In this document: in pieces, positions 1 through 39,068 of the stretch
How the letters are laid out: every line of letters begins with the position of its first letter
Position numbering within the stretch: the stretch's first letter is position 1
Assembly: GCA_963693365.1 (NCBI GenBank)
Contig: CAVNZM010000009.1
Location: 1,118,231-1,182,230, forward strand
Reading direction: 5' to 3'
DNA length: 64,000 nucleotides
Origin: Amoebidium appalachense
Taxonomy: Eukaryota; Protista; Ichthyosporea
The notes under the pieces: generated by a model
Database searches by the model: none
What the model saw: only the letters and a program-made list of their open reading frames with translations
Told to the model about the DNA's origin: nothing
Position numbers and translations under genes: made by a program

Positions 1-105
1 AGAGAGAGAGAGAGAGCGAGAGAGAGAGAGAAAGAGAGAGAGGGGGAGCACAAGGAGATAAGTGTGTGTGTGTCTGTGTCTGTGTCTGTGTGTGTGTTCA
101 CCCAC

Positions 106-7349
<7,244 letters not shown>

Positions 7350-7780
7350 GATTGCAGTTTTTATTTTGAAAGTTGGTGGGTGTAGTTCAATTTCAGCTCA
7401 CACGGGAAAAAAAGTGCCTTACACGAGTAAAAAATTCAAAGTGACGCTAACATGCCCAGAGGCACCATGCGGCTACTACTAGAAGTGAAATCACTAGCAC
7501 CGGGGGGAGGCTGCCAAGGACTAAACACCACGGTACATTTTGTATACTTTCTATCTGTCGAGACAACTCTCTCGCAATGCTTTCGCCAATTTAGCTCTCT
7601 CGCTCTTCCCGCCCCACTTCGAACTCTCTTCTCTGCAGAGCTCTCTCCGAGGCTCCGGCTCCGAGACCGCGGCCGATGTTTTTTTGGCTGCTTGTTCAGA
7701 GGGCTGTGTTCAAGCGGCAACGGAAACTTAGATGCATCAAAGTTTTCGCTCTTTGCCATATATAGTTCAGTAAGAAATAA

Positions 7781-7880
7781 AGTGATTGGTTACCTTCCTC
7801 AGTCGGACATTCCACAAGTGGCTCTTCTGGTATGTGCCAGTCCCCTTGCTGATTGGCTGGGTTTACACATGGTGACGTCA
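7781..7880. promoter_or_regulatory. Putative bidirectional promoter of hexokinase / fasciclin gene with CCAAT boxes and a CRE-type palindrome
   Basis: Reverse CCAAT (ATTGG) near 7785 and 7852; TGACGTCA at 7873-7880; lies in a microsatellite-free interval between divergent start codons. Confidence 0.5.
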
Positions 7881-8072
7881 CGATCCGTTTTGCCGAGCGG
7901 CGTGATCATCGATCATGATTGCAGGTGCTGGACTGACCTGTCAAGTGACCACTTCGGTAACACACGTTGATCCCATAATATTTTTCACGCTTATGATTGT
8001 GTACCGTTTCTACTTTCACTGTAGTAGCTCTTTTTAACCTCTACACATTTAGGTCATGTAGAGAATTCTAGA

Positions 8073-9638
8073 ATGCAAGTTGCCAGACCTAAACGCCAGC
8101 AAGGGCAGCCAATCCTGCTCTTGTTGGCAATCTCAATTCTGATGTTTGTTGGCCCCTTAGAAGCCAGTTTTACAAATCCACAAGAGTGTAAAAAGGCTCT
8201 AAACTGCTTCAAAAGTGAATGCCTAACTGTGAACAGAACGAAATCATGCACAGTAATTCGAAACGAAACCAGTGTAGACCTGTGGGAGCAAATTCAAACC
8301 ATCCCCCAACTCTCCACCTTTACTTCTCTTTTGAACCAGACCGGCCTTAGTCACCTTCTCAAAGTAGAGAAATCATTCATAATCGGATATGACTCTGTAT
8401 ACCTCCTTTACGCACCGACCAACGACGCATTTGAGCTTATACCACATAGCACATACACCTATCTCATGAACAATGCATCAGTTTTGAACACCACCCTTGC
8501 ACAACACTTTCAATCTGCGCTAGGAACACAGACCATTCTTCCAAACGAAGACCTCAACAGCAACCTATTTATAGGGGAGGGTCCAAAGCGGCAGTACTTT
8601 GTTTCAGCGAGCTCATGTTCTTCACCCGCATACACACGGTATTCGCCCTATCCAGAAGCTCTAAACGGATATATTGTTCCCATAGGCGGTGTGATCATTC
8701 CTTGCAGCCTGCGAACTACAACAGGGTCTGCTCCCCCACCAATAACATACCTCACACCAGGAAACATGACCAACTCTGAGCTTCAGCAATATGAGGTGCC
8801 CTTGGTGTTTTGTGGTGCACCCGTGGCTCCTGATCCCAACATCACTTATTACTACAAGCGCACATTCCCACCCAACGAGACGTTTGCAATGAACGATGGA
8901 AACAGGAACAATACGGTGTCCATTCCACTTACAGAGGTGAAACTGAACATGCAAGTCGGTTTGGATTCGTACACACTTGTTGGAACGGGCTCCGATAGTA
9001 CGTGGGTATGTGTTGAACTCGCCGCCCCAAAAACACGGGAATTTGAAGAAACCGGAGACAAGTTCACGAGTAACTTTACAGAGAGGCGGTGTAGCAGGGT
9101 TAATGGACAGAGTGGATATTTGGGTTTTGGGCCGGAGGACGGAAAAGTGATGAGCGTGGAGGTTTCGTACCAAAATACGTGTGGGGGAATGAGTGCATTT
9201 ACCCATGCACGGAAAGGGGATTGGGACAAAGATGGTGATGATTTTGGCTATAACGATGTTAAGTCCAGTTGGGGTTGTTTAACACTCCCATACTCGCAGC
9301 GCATATATAATGTTAGTTTGCAGAACATCACTGTGTTTAGGGAAGAAAAGAGCATGAACCAGTTGATAGCAATGGCCACTCTGAACTGGAATGTCCATCC
9401 GTACGTTGCCTCTGACCCTACAAGCGCTTTTGTGAATCCACTCGTGTGTCTTGGATGGAGAGATTTGGCGGATGGGATGGGGGAGACTTATTGCGTGCTG
9501 GGGGAGATGCAGGGGTGGTCCTTTGAGGTTGCTGTAAAGATACCCGATAGGAATGTGACGCTAGTGGGGTTGGTGAGGGAGGCCGATAGTTGTTCTGTGT
9601 CTGTGCATTCCCCCGAATACACATTACCTGCAGAGTAG
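8073..9638 (+). CDS. Secreted fasciclin (FAS1)-domain glycoprotein, intronless, 521 aa
   Basis: Long complex ORF. Signal peptide-like segment ILLLLAISILMFVGPLEA. FAS1 signature LSTFTSLLNQTGL...LYAPTNDAF and C-terminal ALNGYIVPIGGVIIP. Many N-x-S/T sequons. C-terminal half not recognised. Confidence 0.8.
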   Translation: MQVARPKRQQGQPILLLLAISILMFVGPLEASFTNPQECKKALNCFKSECLTVNRTKSCTVIRNETSVDLWEQIQTIPQLSTFTSLLNQTGLSHLLKVEKSFIIGYDSVYLLYAPTNDAFELIPHSTYTYLMNNASVLNTTLAQHFQSALGTQTILPNEDLNSNLFIGEGPKRQYFVSASSCSSPAYTRYSPYPEALNGYIVPIGGVIIPCSLRTTTGSAPPPITYLTPGNMTNSELQQYEVPLVFCGAPVAPDPNITYYYKRTFPPNETFAMNDGNRNNTVSIPLTEVKLNMQVGLDSYTLVGTGSDSTWVCVELAAPKTREFEETGDKFTSNFTERRCSRVNGQSGYLGFGPEDGKVMSVEVSYQNTCGGMSAFTHARKGDWDKDGDDFGYNDVKSSWGCLTLPYSQRIYNVSLQNITVFREEKSMNQLIAMATLNWNVHPYVASDPTSAFVNPLVCLGWRDLADGMGETYCVLGEMQGWSFEVAVKIPDRNVTLVGLVREADSCSVSVHSPEYTLPAE

Positions 9639-9714
9639 TTGTACAGATTTGTAGCTAGTAACTTGTAGATGCACTACTCCGTCTGTTTTGAAAAAGATTG
9701 TACATACAGTATAT

Positions 9715-10032
9715 TGTTGGTATTAATCTTGTGTGTTTTTGCCTCTGCATGGCAGGGAAATAAAAGAAAGTTCCCTGCCTTCGAGCTAGTGTCGGCTTTG
9801 CCTCAGTTATGCACATGGCCACGACATCATGCATGTACACTGCGGGAGAGTGAGATGTGGGGGAGAGTACTGTGTTGGTTGAGGGACTATAAATGGAGGC
9901 TTGGGAGGTCGGATGGATGGCAGCGCAAAGATGTGGAGCGTACTAGTGATAAACATGTAGAAGGAACTTGGGACTATTGGAGACCAAGCGCATCATGCAT
10001 CCTTGGAGGCAGTGGTGGTGGTAGTGATGATG

Positions 10033-10067
<35 letters not shown>

Positions 10068-10412
10068 GCTGCACGTGCATGCATGTGCGCAAGTGTGTTG
10101 GTATTTATCTTGTGTGTTTTTGCCTCTGCATGGCAGGGAAATAAAAGAAAGTTCCCTGCCTTCGAGCTAGTGTCGGCTTTGCCTAGTTATGCACATGGCC
10201 ACGACATCATACATGTACACTGCGGGCGAGTGAGATGTGGGGGAGAATACTGTGTTGGTTGAGGGACTATAAATGGAGGCTTGGGAGGTCGCATGGATGG
10301 CAGCGCAAAGATGTGGAGCGTACTAGTGATAAACATGTACAAGGAACATGGGACTATTGGAGACCAAGCGCAGCATGCATCCTTGGAGGCAGTGGTGGTG
10401 GTAGTGATGATG

Positions 10413-10453
<41 letters not shown>

Positions 10454-10483
10454 TGTCGCTGCACGTGCATGTGTGCAAGTGTG
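9715..10483. repeat. Tandem duplication, two ~380-bp units
   Basis: Unit 1 is 9715-10095 and unit 2 is 10096 to about 10483. Both start TGTTGGTATT.ATCTTGTGTGTTTTTGCCTCTGCATGGCAGGG, differ by scattered substitutions, and contain a (GT)n tract. Confidence 0.9.
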
Positions 10484-10621
10484 TGGGTGGTGTGTGCTTG
10501 TTTGTGTGAATGGATACGTTACTGCAGGTGGGTGGTGTCGTTGGGGTTTTACCCATGGTTGGGGTGGTGCTGGTGGCTTGTTCGTGCGTGTGTGTGTGTG
10601 TGTGTTTGTTTTTTTTGTTTT

Positions 10622-10666
<45 letters not shown>

Positions 10667-11098
10667 GGGGGGGGGGGGGAGGGGGGCACACACAGTTGAA
10701 CAGCGTCTCAAAACAACCAAGAATACTCGCCGAAGAATTTATAATTAGGGTGCATATAAATACGGGCGCGAATCGAGGGAACATAAGGGCCACATGTCGA
10801 AACACACATAAAAAACCCAGAACGTTACATAAACTATCAGAAACTGTGGACTACAAGAACCTGTCACCTATGATCTTCATACTACTGCTTAACAAAAGGG
10901 CTCTCGTAATCCGTGTTCTATTAGTTTTTTTTGAGGCACAAGGGCCCTGTGTGTGCGACCACTTATATGGGCTACATTAGAAGAATTTTGGCATTCGTTG
11001 ACAAAACAATAAACGACTGTGAAGTAAACAGAAGCCGAGCAGATAAAAGCTCATGCCCTCAACCTCCTCCCGCTCCCTCCCACCTGTCCCCCCCACCT

Positions 11099-11134
<36 letters not shown>

Positions 11135-11211
11135 CCTGCACCCCCATTCTCCCACTCCCCCCATCTACCCCACCTAAGGCTAAGACTTGTACCCCATGCG
11201 TAAACTGATGG

Positions 11212-12009
11212 TCACACCGTACCAGCCACCTTCTTAGCCATAAACTCCTCCATGATGCCGTCAATGTCATCCTTGCTAATGGCATAGTCAGGGCCGTGCT
11301 TGGCGGCAATGGCATACAGCCTTTCCTTCATAAAGTCAGCAAAATCACGGAACCCATGTGCCAGCGCCGTCTGTTTGTCGTGTGGCATCTTCGAGAACTC
11401 ATTCATGGCTTCCTTTTCCAGATCTTCCTCATTCCCTTCCTCGCCTTCCTCGCTCGCTTTCAACACCTGATCAATCGTGTAGGTTTCGTTTTCTTCGCTG
11501 AAAAGTGCCTCCTCCTCCCCTTCAAGCGCCCAACGGAGATGGTCTTTGTCCACCGTGTCCCACAACTCTCCCGTTTGCTCAAAACACACCTCGCGCTCAC
11601 ACGCAGGAAACTCCCTAAGTGGCTCGTAGCTTGCAACAAAAACAGGACGTCCCTCTGCATCGAAGCCCTTACACTCGGAAAGAACGCACGTGAAGAGAAC
11701 CTCCTCTTTCTCGTCGTCTCCATCTTCCTCTACGTCCCACAGAACCTTAAGACGTGCCCCACCGCGCACCCCTTTCGCAGCCAACTCATCTGAAATCTTT
11801 CCCTCTTGCGTGGACACAGCTGAGGTTGCTTGCGAGTTGGAAGTGATCGAATCCGATTGTGATGTTTCCACGTCTGTCACGGCCTCTGCCCTTGCTTTGT
11901 CCTCGTGCTCAACGTCTAGGCGCGCGCGTTTGTTTGTTTCTTCTGACAGAGCAGGCTCGGCTGTGCGCTTGTTGTCATTCTCTTTAGAGGGGGAGAGTTC
12001 TACAGCCAT
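11212..12009 (-). CDS. Intronless acidic hypothetical protein, 265 aa
   Basis: ATG at 12009 (MAVELSPSKEN...). Complex, non-repetitive ORF with basic NLS-like KRAR, a beta-rich middle (RLKVLWDVE...RPVFVASYEP...EREVCF) and a helical C-terminus. Confidence 0.8.
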   Translation of the reverse strand: MAVELSPSKENDNKRTAEPALSEETNKRARLDVEHEDKARAEAVTDVETSQSDSITSNSQATSAVSTQEGKISDELAAKGVRGGARLKVLWDVEEDGDDEKEEVLFTCVLSECKGFDAEGRPVFVASYEPLREFPACEREVCFEQTGELWDTVDKDHLRWALEGEEEALFSEENETYTIDQVLKASEEGEEGNEEDLEKEAMNEFSKMPHDKQTALAHGFRDFADFMKERLYAIAAKHGPDYAISKDDIDGIMEEFMAKKVAGTV

Positions 12010-12282
12010 GTTTGGTGCAAAAAAAGTTCTCAACGAGACGAAAAAGAGGGGGAAATGTATGTGTCCAATAAAAACTATCAAGCAGCAAGGTATCGGTTGT
12101 GCCCAGAACTAGTCTACGTCACCAATAAATAAGCACCGGTGTGTGTATGTGCTCGTATGTGTTTTTCAAAGCACTTTCCTCTGGTCGCGCGTTACCGTTT
12201 TTCCTCTTGTTGCACGGCCGCAGTGTGTTTTTTCTGTGTGGGCTGGGCCGGCGCGAAAAAGCTTTTTATATCGCAACCACAA

Positions 12283-12323
12283 GGTGACGTCACCTGTCAT
12301 AGCCCGCCAAACTGTGTGATTGG
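12283..12323. promoter_or_regulatory. Putative bidirectional promoter motifs (CRE palindrome + CCAAT) between the hypothetical gene and FIGNL1
   Basis: 12-bp palindrome GGTGACGTCACC at 12283-12294; ATTGG at 12319-12323. Confidence 0.5.
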
Positions 12324-12910
12324 CTAAATTTGATTTTTGGCGCGCTTTATCAAAACGGGCGCATCTGAGCTCGAGGAACCCGGGGCTGGTTACTGGTAGC
12401 CCAAAAAAAAAAAAAAAAAACTAATCTAGGAAGGCTGCCAGGAGAAGGTGGCATCTACTTACAGGGAAAACAGATGTGTAAGTGGAATAAAACTATATTA
12501 AGTAGGATAGCGGAGGTGAATCTAGAATATAGGAGGAGGGCAGCATCGGTAGGACCGCCTGGCGATGTTAGAAAAACCCCGATCGAGGGGAGAGAGAAAA
12601 ACCCCGATCGAGGGGAGAGAGATGAGAGACGGGACACCAACGTTGCTTTAGTGATGTTATGGTTATGAAACAAGTATCTCGGATGGGTAAGCAAATCAGA
12701 GCCGCAAAAGAAGAGAAATATTTGCCGTATATGGAGTAAGAGGACGTCCGCAGAGCTCACGTCAGTAAAAGACCTTCAAGTCCAGCTGAGCGCTTAAATC
12801 TCGGGGCTCGCTCGTTGCCTCTGAAGGCCCTTTGTTATGCTCTGACGCAGAATACGTAAGCACTTATCCATCCATTCAACACTCTGATAACCGATATCAG
12901 TGTAGCTGCT

Positions 12911-26021
<13,111 letters not shown>

Positions 26022-26054
26022 AAGGGTGTGTGTGTGTGTGTATGGGGGGGGTGT

Positions 26055-26099
<45 letters not shown>

Positions 26100-27155
26100 G
26101 CATGTATGGGCAGTTGGGTTAGCAAGTGGGAGGCCCGCGAAGAGAAAAAAGATGGAGGGACAGGGGGAGGGGGGGGGGGGGGGGGGGGGGGGGGGAGGGT
26201 TGCACGGGGGAGAGGGAAGACTGGGGGAGGGGTGGGAACGGGAGGTTTGGATCTGTACGTGCAAGTGTTTTTCCGGGTGCCCCCCCGGGGGAGGGGGGGC
26301 AGGGAGGGGGGGGTACACGCGCTTGATAGTGTGTGTGTGTGTGTGTGTGGGTTCTAGTCACAGTTGCATTCATCCATAGTATGTGTGTGGGTGATGGTGG
26401 CAGAGATATTGGTGGTGGGAAGGTGGAGTTGGTGGGGATGGGGGTGGGGTAGACCTGTGCTTACATCTGCAACAAACCTCCGTGAGGCGAATCACCGAAA
26501 CGAAAACACTAAACTTTGCATCTATCCCATGAACACGGCTTTGTTAAACGCTAGCCAAAATCGAATGTCGGGTTCTTTTCGAGAGAGAAGACTGGGTATG
26601 TAATCGCATGAATAGATCGGATTTGTAAGTGTAAAAAAGGCAAATCAAGTGACACCTCTATAGCATAGATTGGCACATTACGTATGACACAAAAACATGG
26701 TATTGTGGTTTGTTGGTATTGGTAGTGGTGGTGATGATTGGGGCTGGGTTTGTGATGTGTGTGTGTGTGTGTGATAATGCTCCGTTGCTGGTCGACTTGG
26801 TTGTTTGTATGCTTGCTTGGTTTCGTGACTAATTATATTTTTATAAAACAAACAAAAACGTAGGAATATGTGTATTTGTATTGTTGTTTAGAGGATTTCA
26901 GCACAAGTAGAGCATGATACAGCCGGGGGGAATATTTGCACCTCCCTAACTACGACTGCCTTGACTATCTTTTCTCGTTGCATATTGTAACTTCAATCAA
27001 AACAAACCGCTTTGAGCACGAAACTGCAAATGCAGAAAAGCAGTTATATGCACAGGCATCAGAGCATTCCAAAGAGTGGAACATAATGTCCCCCTCCCCC
27101 TCCCCCTCCCCCCCCCCCTCCCCCCTCTTCCTCTTTCTCACCACCAGCACTACAG

Positions 27156-27206
<51 letters not shown>

Positions 27207-28074
27207 ATGTACACCGCCTCCTCCTCGACCACTCAAGCTCCTTGCCCATACCTGATTGCTTTGTGCACTTGAACACACCAATCGCATGTTTTGTGAACTC
27301 AATCAGTTTATTTGCATTATGCATGCACGTGTTCAAAGCACATATATCACTTAAATACATACATACCTACATATTTCGGTAGAGTCCGCGACTTGAAATG
27401 TCGGTTACCAACTCCCTTCTTGACGGACCAGTTACAGCTACATTTCACCATGCCAACACATATCACATCTTCCTATATTAGTATTCCAAAACACAAATGT
27501 TCACTTTATCCCGCCTGCATCTATAGGGATAGCTCTATCTGCTCACAGTAACTCTCTGCAATTAATTGCGAAGAATTCAGAAAGCTTAGCAAAAATCTTA
27601 CAATGAGGTGTATTGCTGAAACGTACATATAACCGCTTACGCAATTTTCATCGATTTGCAATTGGTGCAAGCTTTTGGCTGTTTATGCAACATATGTACG
27701 CAGCATTCACTGCATGTTAGATCCACAACCAATATTTGCTTGCTTATATATTTACATGCTATTCACCATTGCTACTCAAATGATGTTACACACACCTCCA
27801 CTAACATGTATACTCGGGTAGAGGCCTCTAGGTTGCAACCATGCACACCCATTTGACCTTGCTACTTTGAATACACCGCCACTATGTCATATATATCCGG
27901 TAATGAATAATTGGTGTCGGTAGCTATTACATATGTATTCTACTCTGCTACCTTAAACTACCACTAGTTTACCTAGCATATATCCCTGCTACTTAAAGTT
28001 TATTGTCTAGATACCCTACCCGGCACTGTGTTTCTTTAGCACATATATCCGGTAAACAATATCTGGGCATATCA

Positions 28075-29891
<1,817 letters not shown>

Positions 29892-30350
29892 TTTTTTGCG
29901 CAATTACCCGTGTTTAGCCACGAGTACCTTTTACGTTGGTTAACGTTGTCGAAAAAATGAATTAATGGTGGCAAATAAGGGAGGCAGACAGAACAACACA
30001 GAAACCGCTAAGTTGGTTGCTAAAGCCGGATCGTGTGATTTTGTTTTGTAAGGACCCTGTGGGCGTGTAGGAGTCTAGCAGAACAGGCTAAACTCGCAGG
30101 CAATGGTTATAAGCAGTTAAGGCACCTTAATTTGTAAATCAACTAAGGCAACTGTAAGACAGTAAAGAGATAACACTAAGAGAAACTAACAGTGACGGCT
30201 GTTTTGTGGTTTTTGAAGCTTCACTCATCCGGTTGTTCCTTTTTGTTCCAGTCGGCATTTGTAGTACGGTACGTCGCGCTTATGTATCACGAGATAGTCT
30301 AACAATGTATCTCCAGATTACGATTGTTTCTCCTGTTAGAGAGAATGTTA

Positions 30351-30764
30351 ATGACGTAGTATCGCCAATGAGCAATATAGACTAAACACCTGAACACTGT
30401 TACGTCATCTCGGATGTGTTTTGATTGGCTGTTGTTTTGAAAAGGAAACACAACAACTCAGTTGATTGGTTGTTTTTAGCCGCCAAAAGCACCGCAGGTC
30501 CGACCGTCCGTGATGACGGGGGGGTTCACTTTTTTGTTTCTACATACCAACATGTAAATTTTCATTGGTGATAAATTATACTTGCCATTTTACAATTTTC
30601 CAATGCGATTCCCGAAATCAGAATAATATTGCTACCTTCTGTGCATCTTCACGACAAACGCCAGGCCGGATCAGCGCCTGGGCGGGGCGGCCGGCCCCCG
30701 TGCGTGCTCCCGGACGGCCCGGCAAATATTCCAGTGGTGCATCCCCAGCCAATCAGATGACGTC
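30351..30764. promoter_or_regulatory. Putative bidirectional promoter of PAP2 / YhhN with several CCAAT and CRE-like sites
   Basis: TTACGTCA 30400-30407; ATTGG 30424-30428 and about 30465; CCAAT 30749-30753 next to TGACGTC 30758-30764. Confidence 0.45.
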
Positions 30765-31019
30765 TACCCGTGCTCTGTTTCTATCTCCTCGGCTGTCACT
30801 TCTTTAACTCATTTTGGACCGTGGCACAAGTTTCTTTTTTCTTTCCCCTCCCAATTCTCAGTTTCCTTTTCTTCCCCACGCCCCCACACTCAGACTCCGA
30901 AAGGTCTTTATAGGGGGACTCTTTACTCTTGTGAGATACAAAGGTATTTAAGTTCGAAATAGAGGGTATTTTTCGAATCACCAAGCTCTTTGTTTTACAT
31001 ATACCCACCGTGCGAAAAC

Positions 31020-35353
<4,334 letters not shown>

Positions 35354-35955
35354 GAGTTTTATCAAGTTCTTTTTTACGTCTTCGATCTTCGAAGTCTTTT
35401 TTTCTCTTACTCTGGCAGGGGAATGAGGGGGGTGTGGGGTCGGGAGAGGGGGGGGGAGAGGGGGGGGGGGGGGGGGGGGGAGACGTTGGTGAGTGATACG
35501 TAGACGGGTTCTCTACGTCTTTGTGTGTGCTATGCTATAACTTCATTGTGTATGCTAAGAATTCGAATGAATCTGATGATTCTTATTCCCGGGCCCATAC
35601 CCTTGTGTGGCGGCACGGCCACTTTGTGTCTCACCTTTTAATTTTATTGATTTACTTTAATTGGATACCGGTAACTACGTATGAAGAACCGTGATATTGA
35701 CACGAACTACTGTGTATACAGATGCGCACGGTTTATTTTCAACAAACATTGTGGTCCAACCTTTCTTTAAACTTTGAACTTACGTTTTCGGCACCAATAA
35801 AGAAAGCACTGAACGGACGGTTTCCAAGGTGTGATCGTTGTGAGGGCCAAAGCCTAAATCTTGATAGTAGTGTGACCATGCAAGCACAGCTAGTCAATAG
35901 AATGATTACTGTTCTGTACTGCATGCATTATAATTATGTGCGACAAGCACCTGGA

Positions 35956-35986
<31 letters not shown>

Positions 35987-36714
35987 TCCCCTCCCGCCCC
36001 CTTCTCTGGCCGTATCTTTCGAAAACATTGGTGAAAGTGTGAGGCATCTTGCATATGGTTCGATGCAGTGATGTGCAAGATCAGGACCCGTGGTACGGTA
36101 CATATGTACTGCGTGTGCATGTTAGTTCATTCCGGGTGTCACAATAAACCCATTGTTCATTACAAGGCTCATTGCATCAATGGAAACGGAATTAGACATC
36201 TGTGCGATGAGACACGTATTAACTCGCACGATTTCGAATGATCACGTACGCCGAGTCAGTCACACACCTGTTCGAACTCGAGGACACAAATGCCTTCGGC
36301 CGAGATTCCTCGCGACCTTCCCCCCCCCCCACCTCCCACCCCCCACCTCCCACCCCCCACCCCCCCACCCCCAACCCCCCACCCACCCACCCATCCACAC
36401 ACACACACGCGCACCGTGCGCACACACACACGCGCACCTCCTGTCTAGGCATCCATGGCGATCCACACACAAGCAGAGGCACATGTACGCATGCGCACAC
36501 AGACACACATACACACACACACAAGAGCGCGCGCAGACACGCACGCACTGCCTCGCTTTCTCTTTTTAGTTCTCGATTAGCTTATCACGGCAAGTTGCCT
36601 TCAATGATCTTCCGGATCCTGCCGCTCGTCTAGACCGCTCGCCTGAAAACAAACAAAAAACACGACACAAGCACGGCCGTCTGAACACAACACAAGGTGC
36701 AAGACCTCTCGATG

Positions 36715-36807
36715 ATTGGATGAAAGCGCATCAATGACGTAATAGTCTAAAGCACGTAGTCGCTTTTTGTGTGATTCTCTGCGATTGTTTTCCCATAAAT
36801 GACGTCA
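36715..36807. promoter_or_regulatory. Putative promoter motifs upstream of the K+ channel
   Basis: ATTGG 36715-36719; ATGACGTAAT 36734-36743; TGACGTCA 36800-36807. Confidence 0.45.
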
Positions 36808-37060
36808 TGGGCCTAACTAACTATCTACTGCCTGCCGTTTGGTTTCGAATTCAGAAACGCTGAAGGCAGCCTCCTCCTCTCGGCCTTGTTAGTGATCAGC
36901 ATTGTGAACATGTTATATGATATTAGGTTGTAATATATAATGTTGGTTTGTGGATAACTGAAAGACATAAAGTACCTTCAATGCAAAGCTCATCTGCCAG
37001 ATAACGAGCTTCTCAGAAGAAACATACTCGTTGAGTGTAAACCCAAGAAAAACAGCGAGA

Positions 37061-37597
37061 ATGCCAGGCAACTTTCCAGGTATAGAAAACATGACAAGCC
37101 TGAGGAGGGGTCGACTGAAGGAAATGCTTCGCATCCGTGACCCCCCCGAAGATAATGACATGAGCGTTCGTGGGCGGATATACGCGTTTTTCAGTGATTA
37201 CAGGAGCTCTTTGGGTGCTTTTGTGTGGTACATTTGGATGCTGATACTTGTGATCCTCTGTGTGATACTTATTTCGCTCCAGTCCATGCAACAACTTTCA
37301 AGCGATCCAGAAACCAAGCAGATATTCTTTTGGATGGAAACTGTAATTGTTATTTTCTTCTGCATCGAATTTCTCGCGCGATTGTTCTGCTGCCCGAGTT
37401 TGTGGAAGTTTATCACCTCTCCCATGAACTGGGTGGACCTTCTGAGCATTGTGCCGTATTACATCATGCTGCCGAGTGCGCTGAATGCTGATAGCCAAGC
37501 AAGCACCACCGTGGAGGGTTTGCAGGTGGGTCTTCTGGGGGTTCAATCGGTCAGTTTTCGCACAATTCCTTACCCTGCGGGATGGTGTTTGGGTGGG

Positions 37598-37636
<39 letters not shown>

Positions 37637-38673
37637 GTAACAGTGTTTTGATGTCAAAGGTGCGCGCTTGCGCAGTTTGAAAAGGTGTTCTGTGTATGGG
37701 GGGGTGGAAGGAGGAGGAAGAGGAGGGGGGAGGGGGGGGGGGGGGGGGGGCTGCAAACCACTTACAGGGGGAGGACATAATTAGATGATAAGTGAAAAAT
37801 TGCATCCACACACCAAGTCTGTCTTTGGTCCTGTCGTCTGGATACCGGGGAGGAAAAGAAAGGTGGGGGGGGAGGGGGAGGGGGGGGGGGGGGGAGAAGG
37901 GGAGGTAGTTGTTTATGTCTCCTTCTGATTGTGGTTGACAGGTTCTGAGAATACTTCGTCTTCTGCGCATCATTCGGATATTGAAGATGTTAAAGGGCAG
38001 TCGCATGGTTCGCATCTTTATTCGTGCGCTCGGTGATGCCAAGGAGGGAATATATTTCCTGGTCTTCCTCATTCTCATCGGTATGTCTCTGAGCGGCACC
38101 GCCATGTTCTATCTGGAAACGTGGGATTGTGTTTTGAACGAAGACAGAGAGTGGGTGTACACGGTGAGTGATCAACCTCTCCTCTCCCCTCCCCCACCCC
38201 ACCTCCCTTAAATCCCTCCCCCTTCCTCCCCCTCCTCCCGTGGTGGCTGTCTGTTTTCTCTCAACCCTTTCATCATGAATGTTACTAGCGTGTTTTAACG
38301 TTTGCCCTTTCTGGTTTTTGCGTTTCGAGCATATCCATTCCTTCCCCCTTTGCCCTCCCCCCCCCCCCCCCCCCACCAATACAAGTGGGAGGGTTTGGGA
38401 GAGATGTCGGATTGACCATGTTGACGATGTGTGCGTGCATACGTGTGTGTGGGGGGGGGGGGGGGGAGGGGGGGGAGGAGGGGGAGGGGAGAGGGGGGGG
38501 GGGGGGGGGGGGAGGAGGGGAGGGGGGCGTGCACATACGGATATGATTGTGGTCACAGTGGAGACAAGTGCGTGTGTGGGTTTTTTTTTTTTTTTTTTTT
38601 GTGGAGGAGAGGGGAAGGGGGGGGAAGGGGGGTTCCCCTCCCCCCCCCCCTAAACCCCAAACACATATACACA

Positions 38674-38706
<33 letters not shown>

Positions 38707-38707
38707 G

Positions 38708-38738
<31 letters not shown>

Positions 38739-39035
38739 GGGGCACCTCCCCGTGTTTGCATTCTTTTTGTTTTGGTCTACCAGACTGCATTATGTATCTG
38801 CTTTTACTTTGTGTACGCGTATGTGTCGCACTGCCTGGCGTGGGCCACCTCAACCCTCTCCCCTTCCCTAACCTTGCCTTTGTTCCTGTTTTGTTTTTGA
38901 TCTGTTACCAAAATATTCATGTGCAGGGCTCCGACAAACAAACCAACCAACCATTTAGCCCGCCCCTCACCCACACCTCCCCCCCCTCTCCCCTACACAC
39001 ACACACACACACAACACACACTCACACTCACACAT

Positions 39036-39068
<33 letters not shown>

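Noticed and set aside
7436-7970. Overlapping 107-aa and 172-aa ORFs between hexokinase and the FAS1 gene
   Set aside because: No recognisable motifs; they overlap promoter motifs and the probable 5'UTR.
9669-10699. ORFs with duplicated peptide WQGNKRKFPAFELV
   Set aside because: Product of the DNA tandem duplication; frames differ between units and run into (GT)n.
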